Part shown: positions 58,598 to 64,000 of the stretch, in pieces
How positions within the stretch are numbered: position 1 is the stretch's first letter
Layout of the letters: the number at the start of each line of letters is the position of its first letter
Assembly: GCA_021780535.1 (NCBI GenBank)
Contig: JAJXYN010000009.1
Location: 224,360 to 288,359, forward strand
DNA from: a bacterium
Lineage (GTDB): Bacteria > Patescibacteriota > Patescibacteriia > JAGPKW01
Reading direction: 5' to 3'
DNA length: 64,000 bases
Notes under the pieces: model-generated
Databases searched by the model: none
Seen by the model: only the letters and a program-made list of their open reading frames with translations
Told to the model about the DNA's origin: nothing
Position numbers and translations under genes: made by a program

Positions 58598-58713
58598 AAT
58601 TTAATTTAATTACTAAATAATAATATAAGAAATATTGATTATAATTATATCATGAATATATTTTTTAGAAAACAAAAAAGAATGGTTTAAACACCATTCT
58701 TTTTAATAAATAA

Positions 58714-59346
58714 TTATTTAGCAACAACTGAAATTGTCATTGGTAAAGAATAATCTGCTGCTGTTTGCATAGCTGGGATTGTTTGTGTTAATGCAACACC
58801 TTGCAACGTCCAATCTCCAATTTTAGCAGAAGTAGCATCAGCATCTAATAATGTAATAGAAGCTACAGTTGAAGAAAAATTACTTGCTGAACCTTTTACA
58901 ACGCCTGTATTTGCAGCTGTTGATTTACCATGAGTCAATACTCCAACTGAAGGATCAATTGCTAATTGACCACTAGTAGCTACATCATTTTTATAATCAA
59001 AATTAACAGTATTACCAGCGTCTTGCCATTTTGCAGCAGTTGCAGCTATTGATGTTGTCCAACCATTAGGAGCAGCATCAGGGTTTGATACTAAAATTTG
59101 CTGTGTTGGAGAACCTAAAGTAGCTGTAGAAGTTTCAGATACCATGCTTGCAGTAACAGGAGCAAAGGCAATAGCAGGAGCAGCTATCGTAGCATAAGTA
59201 CCATCCACAATATCAACCGCTAAAGTACCTGGATTAATTTTTAAAGTAAATTGAGCCATATTAGAAGCAAGAACAACTCCAGCAACTAATACCATTCCTG
59301 TCATAGCTAAAGCAGGAATACTTATTTTTCTAAATGATTTTGACAT
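58714..59346 (-). CDS. WxL-domain-like small surface protein (CscB-like)
   Basis: Signal peptide. Ala/Thr-rich. The C-terminus carries WTTSI and DWTLQGVALTQTIPA…DYSLPMTISVV, a two-motif WxL-type domain shared with the giant protein. Confidence 0.5.
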   Translation of the reverse strand: MSKSFRKISIPALAMTGMVLVAGVVLASNMAQFTLKINPGTLAVDIVDGTYATIAAPAIAFAPVTASMVSETSTATLGSPTQQILVSNPDAAPNGWTTSIAATAAKWQDAGNTVNFDYKNDVATSGQLAIDPSVGVLTHGKSTAANTGVVKGSASNFSSTVASITLLDADATSAKIGDWTLQGVALTQTIPAMQTAADYSLPMTISVVAK

Positions 59347-59514
59347 TTTTGTTTTGTTTAAAAACTTAATTAAATAAAATATATTTTGGTTTGGTTTATA
59401 TATTAGTTATATTATAACACAATTATTAATATATGCACTTACTTTCCACCTGTGGATAAGTTGTTGGTGTATAAAAAATAACCAACCAGCATATTACTGA
59501 TTGGCTAGACTTCG

Positions 59515-60546
59515 TCAATATCCTACGAATTGACGGTAATCATTTTGATCAACAGACCAAAGTTTCATATTCGGGACACCATCCCGCCCTTTGTATTTTT
59601 CAAAAAGATTTTGATATATTTCAATTAGCTTTTGGTTTCTTGCAACAGTTACTACATCTTCTCCATAATTTATTATAAATTTTGCACTTTTAACATCCTC
59701 CTTCTTTTTTGCATAACCAGCGAGATACTCTTTTCCGTTTATTGCGGCTGTTACATTGTTGTAGGCCATTGCAATAAAAAACGGACTTTCATTTTTATAA
59801 TAATCCCTTAAATAATCCCATTTATTTCCAACAAAATCCGTAGAGTAATCAATGTTCATAGCATCTTCTATTCTTATTTTATCGTTAGCATTATACCCAA
59901 TATTGATTTGGGCTGCGCCAAACGATGCTTCCCCTTTATATAAATACCACTTTCCATTACCATTAAAATACTTTACATATACATCAAATGCTTTTCTCTG
60001 AGTATTCCAAGCTTGTTTAACATTTGAAATACTTCCATTACTTTTTCCAAAATATAAAGATTCTTCATTGATTTTGGTTTCAACCCAAAGCTGAGCACTA
60101 AGTAGAGATGCTGGAATACTGTATTTATATTGTGCTTTCAGAATTGGAGAAATAAATCTCTCCGGAGTCCCATTAATTGGGTCCGCAGAAAAATCCTCAA
60201 ACTTTAGACTTTTGAGTGGTTTATGTAGCTCCTCGTTCCACTTTATGATAGCTTCATTGAGTGAATTTGTTTCATTAACAAAAACTAATTGCATTGTTAA
60301 CGTATTTATTTCAGCTGTTTTTTCACTTGCTGTTTTATAATACTTAACAAACAAAATGGAAGAAATAGAAAATGCAATAAACAAAGAAATGGCTATGATT
60401 ATAAATCTATTTTTTGAATATCTTGTCTTTTGATGTTCTGTGTACATTTTGTCGGCGTGTTGTATCCACGTAGAAAAGTCCATACTCATATCATCAGAAA
60501 GTTCTATTTCACTCATAACATCCTCCCAGATGTCTTCATGAACCAA
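59515..60546 (-). CDS. Membrane-anchored lytic transglycosylase-like (SLT/lysozyme-like) protein
   Basis: N-terminal transmembrane helix. AQLWVETKINEES (E-S region), GAAQIN and AMAYNNVTAAINGKEY (AYNxG) motifs. Confidence 0.45.
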   Translation of the reverse strand: MVHEDIWEDVMSEIELSDDMSMDFSTWIQHADKMYTEHQKTRYSKNRFIIIAISLFIAFSISSILFVKYYKTASEKTAEINTLTMQLVFVNETNSLNEAIIKWNEELHKPLKSLKFEDFSADPINGTPERFISPILKAQYKYSIPASLLSAQLWVETKINEESLYFGKSNGSISNVKQAWNTQRKAFDVYVKYFNGNGKWYLYKGEASFGAAQINIGYNANDKIRIEDAMNIDYSTDFVGNKWDYLRDYYKNESPFFIAMAYNNVTAAINGKEYLAGYAKKKEDVKSAKFIINYGEDVVTVARNQKLIEIYQNLFEKYKGRDGVPNMKLWSVDQNDYRQFVGY

Positions 60547-60603
60547 TATTTAGCTCATAAAGAGTTTGATGTAAATTATCATAAAATTGACTGTATGTCA
60601 ATC

Positions 60604-62376
60604 TTATTTTTTAATAGAATATTGCTTTCCGAATAATAAATCATTGTATATAATTGAGAAATTTGAAAGTTGGGATGTTGATAAAATAGAATTAAAAGAA
60701 TTTGATAATTTTACATACTCTGGTGTTGTTTTATCCACATATAATGGTCTAATATTATTTAATTCTTCTATATTAAATAAATCTAACAATGTATCTTTTG
60801 TTTCTACTCCTATTTTATTTAATATTTGTTCCCCAAATCTAAACATGTTTACATGCCCAACATTTTCTATTTTATTTTTATTGATGAATATTAATGGCGT
60901 TGAATGAAGAGTTAATTCATTTAATGTGTTTGTTTTTTTATAAACTTCTTGATTCATTCCTAAAAATGGTAAATGATCACCTGTTATTATTATTATAGAA
61001 TTTTGATCATTTTTTCTTATTTTATCAACAAATTCTGAAATTTCTTTTGTTGAATAATAAATGGAATTTGAATAATTATTTATCCAATCATTGTTTATAT
61101 TATTTGTTATAATGTGTGGCCTTTTGCTATTTAATGAATATGGTATATGTGTTGACAATGTCATATAATAATTAAATTTTGGTTTACTATTATTATTATT
61201 TTTATTAGCTAGATCATATGCTTGATTTAAAAATGATTGATCTGATAATTTACCATCATTAAGATCGTCCATATTAAAATCATTTAAAGAAAAATAATTT
61301 TTAAATCCTATTTTTTTATAAGCATTTGTTCTATTAAAAAAATTCGCATAATCTGGGTGAAATGCATTTGTTTCGTACCCTAATTCCGACAATATGTTTG
61401 GAAGGCATGCTAAATTATTTTTTAACTCAGTCTGGAATACTACACTATTATTTAAAACTGGAATGCCACACAATAATTCAAACTCTGGATCAGCTGTCTT
61501 ACCTTCAAACGTTGGGCTTACTAAAAAATTATCTTTGGATTGATTTCTTAAATCTCTAAAATCTTTATAAAAAGGATCTTGAGAATAACTTGAATTATTT
61601 AATAATTTCGGATCCCACAATGACTCCACTAAAATAAAATAAATATTTGGAAGTGGCTTTAAAGAAGAAGCAATTGTAGATGAAAATGGATAAGAAGATA
61701 AAATTTTATTTTTACCAATAGAATTTAACGCATCCTCTACTGTTTGTTGTTTTGGAATTTCTTTTTTATTATCTGATCTTATGTATTGGTCTATAAAATA
61801 CATAAACGGTCCTTCGTGTTTATAATTTTCTTGTTGATTCCAAAATAAATATGACACATCTGCTTTATTTATTATAGAATCATACTGCTTTGAAAATATA
61901 TTTAAAGAAATTATAAACAACATTAATATTATAAATAATACCAATCCTGATTTTCTAAATTTAAAATTTAAAATTAATACGAGTACTATTATAGATAAAG
62001 CAATAATTATAAGTACTACAAATATTGGGTTAATCATCCATATAGCTATTATCGCTTCTTTTGCTGAAAATACATCATCCATTATTATTGGTGCTCCAAA
62101 AAAAGCAGTTTTTATTGAGTCTGATACTTGTATAGTAAGTAATATTATAAATTGTATTATTAAAAATATATTTATTTTTTTAGAAAATAAAAATAATATA
62201 TAGCTGATAAATACAAAAAAAATAATATCTGAGATTATATATATTGAACTTAATAAATTTAATTTAAAAAAAATAATATTTATTAAATTTATTATTATAT
62301 AAAAAAATATTCCAGAGATTATTGGTGTAAAATAGAATATTTTTGTTTTAATTATTTCTAAATTTATTTTATTCAT
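60604..62376 (-). CDS. LtaS-like sulfatase-family membrane phosphotransferase (lipoteichoic acid synthase family)
   Basis: 5 N-terminal transmembrane helices and an extracellular alkaline-phosphatase-superfamily domain (ILVESLWDP, FEGKTADPEFELLCGIP, GDHLPF). Confidence 0.75.
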   Translation of the reverse strand: MNKINLEIIKTKIFYFTPIISGIFFYIIINLINIIFFKLNLLSSIYIISDIIFFVFISYILFLFSKKINIFLIIQFIILLTIQVSDSIKTAFFGAPIIMDDVFSAKEAIIAIWMINPIFVVLIIIALSIIVLVLILNFKFRKSGLVLFIILMLFIISLNIFSKQYDSIINKADVSYLFWNQQENYKHEGPFMYFIDQYIRSDNKKEIPKQQTVEDALNSIGKNKILSSYPFSSTIASSLKPLPNIYFILVESLWDPKLLNNSSYSQDPFYKDFRDLRNQSKDNFLVSPTFEGKTADPEFELLCGIPVLNNSVVFQTELKNNLACLPNILSELGYETNAFHPDYANFFNRTNAYKKIGFKNYFSLNDFNMDDLNDGKLSDQSFLNQAYDLANKNNNNSKPKFNYYMTLSTHIPYSLNSKRPHIITNNINNDWINNYSNSIYYSTKEISEFVDKIRKNDQNSIIIITGDHLPFLGMNQEVYKKTNTLNELTLHSTPLIFINKNKIENVGHVNMFRFGEQILNKIGVETKDTLLDLFNIEELNNIRPLYVDKTTPEYVKLSNSFNSILSTSQLSNFSIIYNDLLFGKQYSIKK

Positions 62377-62486
62377 GAAGAAAGTATAATATAAAAATAG
62401 ATATATGGAAATATGGAAAATTTAAATATAAAAAAATAGGTTCCAGATATACATCTGAAACCTACAATAAACAGATAGACTTGAGA

Positions 62487-63014
62487 TTATCCTGCTATTA
62501 CTGTAATTTGTTTTATAACAAAGTCTGTAATTGCATAGGCCGCAGCTATAATAGCTATACCAATCATTCCTGATGTCATAAGCTTTCTTGCTGAACCAAT
62601 TTTTGTTGGATCTCCTTTTGAAATCATCCATTGTATTCCACCCCAAATAATGAAAATAAGAGCTACAGTTCCAGATATTCCAAGTATTACTTTAATAACA
62701 TTTCCTATTATTACTGGAACAGATGTTGTTGTATTTAATCCACCAGAACCAGCTAATGATGCTGCCGAATTAGTAGAACCTGATGTATTTAAGTTGTCAT
62801 ATTTAGAAACAGCTGAACAAGTAGCGGCACCAGTATCAGTAGCGCATGTACAAGAAAAACCCGTACCAGAAGTTACACAAGTTGTTGTACTACCAGATCC
62901 ACAATTACCCGCGCTTGATCCACATGTTACCGTATCTGCAAACACAGATGATGTTGACATTACTAGCACTGAAAATATCGCAATAAATATTGAGCTTAAT
63001 AAAAATTTTTTCAT
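62487..63014 (-). CDS. Small secreted/membrane protein with VirB2/TrbC-like topology, copy A (Cys/Thr/Gly-rich variable ectodomain)
   Basis: Signal peptide. Variable region CGSSAGNCGSGSTTTCVTSG…. The conserved C-terminal two-helix core VPVIIGNVIKVILGISGTVALIFIIWGGIQWMISKGDPTKIGSARKLMTSGMIGIAIIAAAYAITDFV is identical to copy B. Confidence 0.45.
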   Translation of the reverse strand: MKKFLLSSIFIAIFSVLVMSTSSVFADTVTCGSSAGNCGSGSTTTCVTSGTGFSCTCATDTGAATCSAVSKYDNLNTSGSTNSAASLAGSGGLNTTTSVPVIIGNVIKVILGISGTVALIFIIWGGIQWMISKGDPTKIGSARKLMTSGMIGIAIIAAAYAITDFVIKQITVIAG

Positions 63015-63298
63015 TTTGATTAGTTAAAAAATTATTTAATTTTTGTTATTTTTATATTTTATCACAAAAAAATAAAATATGGAAATATTGACACATGGGG
63101 ATATGTTAACTACCCTGCTATTACTGTAATTTGTTTTATAACAAAGTCTGTAATTGCATAGGCCGCAGCTATAATAGCTATACCAATCATTCCTGATGTC
63201 ATAAGCTTTCTTGCTGAACCAATTTTTGTTGGATCTCCTTTTGAAATCATCCATTGTATTCCACCCCAAATAATGAAAATAAGAGCTACAGTTCCAGA
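62490..63298 (-). repeat. Direct repeat: the 3' roughly 185 nt of the two tandem pilin-like genes are nucleotide-identical (62490-62675 and 63113-63298)
   Basis: Read directly: ctgctattactgtaatttgttttataacaaagtctg…gagctacagttccaga is the same in both copies. Upstream parts diverge completely. Confidence 0.8.
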
Positions 63299-63637
63299 CA
63301 CACCAAGTATTACTTTTATTACTGAGCCTATTATTGCTGGAACAGAAGTACTAGAAAGACCTGCTTGATCACTAACTGTTTCTAGTCCTGCTCCAAATGG
63401 CTTTTTGCAAGAACAACTTCCAAGAGCACCATCTCTTGAACACATTGTACCACCAGTACAATCATCACCACATAAACTTCCCTTATCTGAAGGAATTGTT
63501 CCCGTTTGGTCAATTACGCAACCACCCGCCGCATAAGCACATGCTGCACAGACTGATGCATTAACTTTATTATTACTTACGAAAATAATAATAATTGTAA
63601 AAACACTCACAAACAATAACTTAAATATATTTTTCAT
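63110..63637 (-). CDS. Small secreted/membrane protein with VirB2/TrbC-like topology, copy B
   Basis: Signal peptide. Different Cys-rich ectodomain (CAACAYAAGGCVIDQTG…CGDDCTGGTMCSRDGALGSCSCKK). Identical C-terminal core. Confidence 0.45.
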   Translation of the reverse strand: MKNIFKLLFVSVFTIIIIFVSNNKVNASVCAACAYAAGGCVIDQTGTIPSDKGSLCGDDCTGGTMCSRDGALGSCSCKKPFGAGLETVSDQAGLSSTSVPAIIGSVIKVILGVSGTVALIFIIWGGIQWMISKGDPTKIGSARKLMTSGMIGIAIIAAAYAITDFVIKQITVIAG

Positions 63638-63672
63638 TTTGGTTTTTAATATTAATATTATAATTATAACAC

Positions 63673-64000
63673 TTAGTTTCTAAACATTCTATATATTTTA
63701 TTTATTTCTACTATTTCTATATTTGTATTTAATTTTTTTGATTTCTCTAATATTATATCCTTATAATCTTTTTGTTCACGAATGTATTTTTCTGAGAGAT
63801 GATAAAGAATTAAAGATGAGAACAAATTAGAATTTAATGAGTTGGATGAAAATTTTTTAACTAAAGATTCTAAATCAGTGTGAGCAGCATCACATTCAGC
63901 TTTAGTTAAAAAAGTACATTCATGCATCAATATCTCCGTCTGTCCTATTTTTTCTAAATCAACTGGAAGAGAATCTCCACAATAAGTTACATATTTATAA
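63673..64000 (-). CDS. Hypothetical protein, probably 5'-truncated by the window end
   Basis: The frame stays open upstream of the annotated Met (…GDSLPVDLEKIGQTEILMHECTFLTKAECDAAHTDLE…) through position 64000. Confidence 0.3.
   Translation of the reverse strand, partial: YKYVTYCGDSLPVDLEKIGQTEILMHECTFLTKAECDAAHTDLESLVKKFSSNSLNSNLFSSLILYHLSEKYIREQKDYKDIILEKSKKLNTNIEIVEINKIYRMFRN

Noticed and set aside
62422-62646. 74-aa ORF (also 63036..63269, 77 aa) encoding MGWNTMDDFKRRSNKNW…, present twice
   Set aside because: These are alternative-frame read-throughs of the identical 3' repeat of the two pilin-like genes on the same strand. They are duplicated only because the DNA is duplicated, and are not independent genes.
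1-64000. rRNA operon, CRISPR array, RNase P / SRP / tmRNA
   Set aside because: No characteristic conserved cores (for example AGGAAAGTCCGG, GGAAGCAGCCAAGG, or a tRNA-like tmRNA end) or spacer-repeat structures were seen. The GC-rich structured spots were inspected and do not match these.

Overview
This is a roughly 64 kb, strongly AT-rich stretch of bacterial chromosome that reads in the standard genetic code (TGA is used as a stop). The envelope gene set looks monoderm (Gram-positive-like): WxL-like, LysM, LtaS-like, dockerin, SLT. Housekeeping genes are interleaved with several accessory blocks.

Housekeeping content:
- ECF sigma factor with a putative anti-sigma partner.
- tRNA-Phe and tRNA-Arg.
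- gpmI, a P-type cation ATPase, typA/bipA, pyruvate kinase and endonuclease III.
- Two sigma-70 paralogs; the primary rpoD follows dnaG.
- An Ogg-like DNA glycosylase and a beta-CASP MBL-fold nuclease.
- A LemA, lipoprotein and two TPM-domain genes in a row.
- PlsC-like acyltransferase and LtaS-like sulfatase-family transferase.

Accessory or notable blocks:
1. An extracytosolic flavinylation cluster: a NOX/ferric-reductase-like flavocytochrome, an FMN-binding-domain protein and the ApbE flavin transferase.
2. Three tandem diverged small paralogs; the first two share an identical 25-nt upstream motif.
3. A higher-GC sensory trio: SBP_bac_3 binding protein, methyl-accepting chemotaxis protein and GGDEF cyclase.
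4. A defence island. It holds a Schlafen-like AlbA_2/HATPase_c_4 protein and a five-gene operon: Type III mod and res, a nuclease-like gene with a Cas4-like PD-(D/E)xK N-terminus and a FLDYET-bearing C-terminal domain (recalled as DUF2779), a coiled-coil gene and a Zn-ribbon gene. A GC-rich element of nested inverted repeats sits at the island edge.
5. A roughly 6.5 kb putative integrative element: a DUF5659-like protein, a P-loop NTPase, small Zn-finger ORFs and a large serine recombinase. The recombinase 3' end overlaps an antisense tRNA-Gly(TCC), and an inverted-repeat att-like site lies just upstream of the recombinase.
6. A secreted module with two paralogous cohesin-like proteins and a dockerin-bearing protein.
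7. A Csc/WxL-like cell-surface cluster that includes a 1636-aa repeat-rich giant protein.
8. Two tandem VirB2/TrbC-like small membrane proteins with identical 3' halves and hypervariable Cys-rich ectodomains.

No rRNA or CRISPR array was seen.
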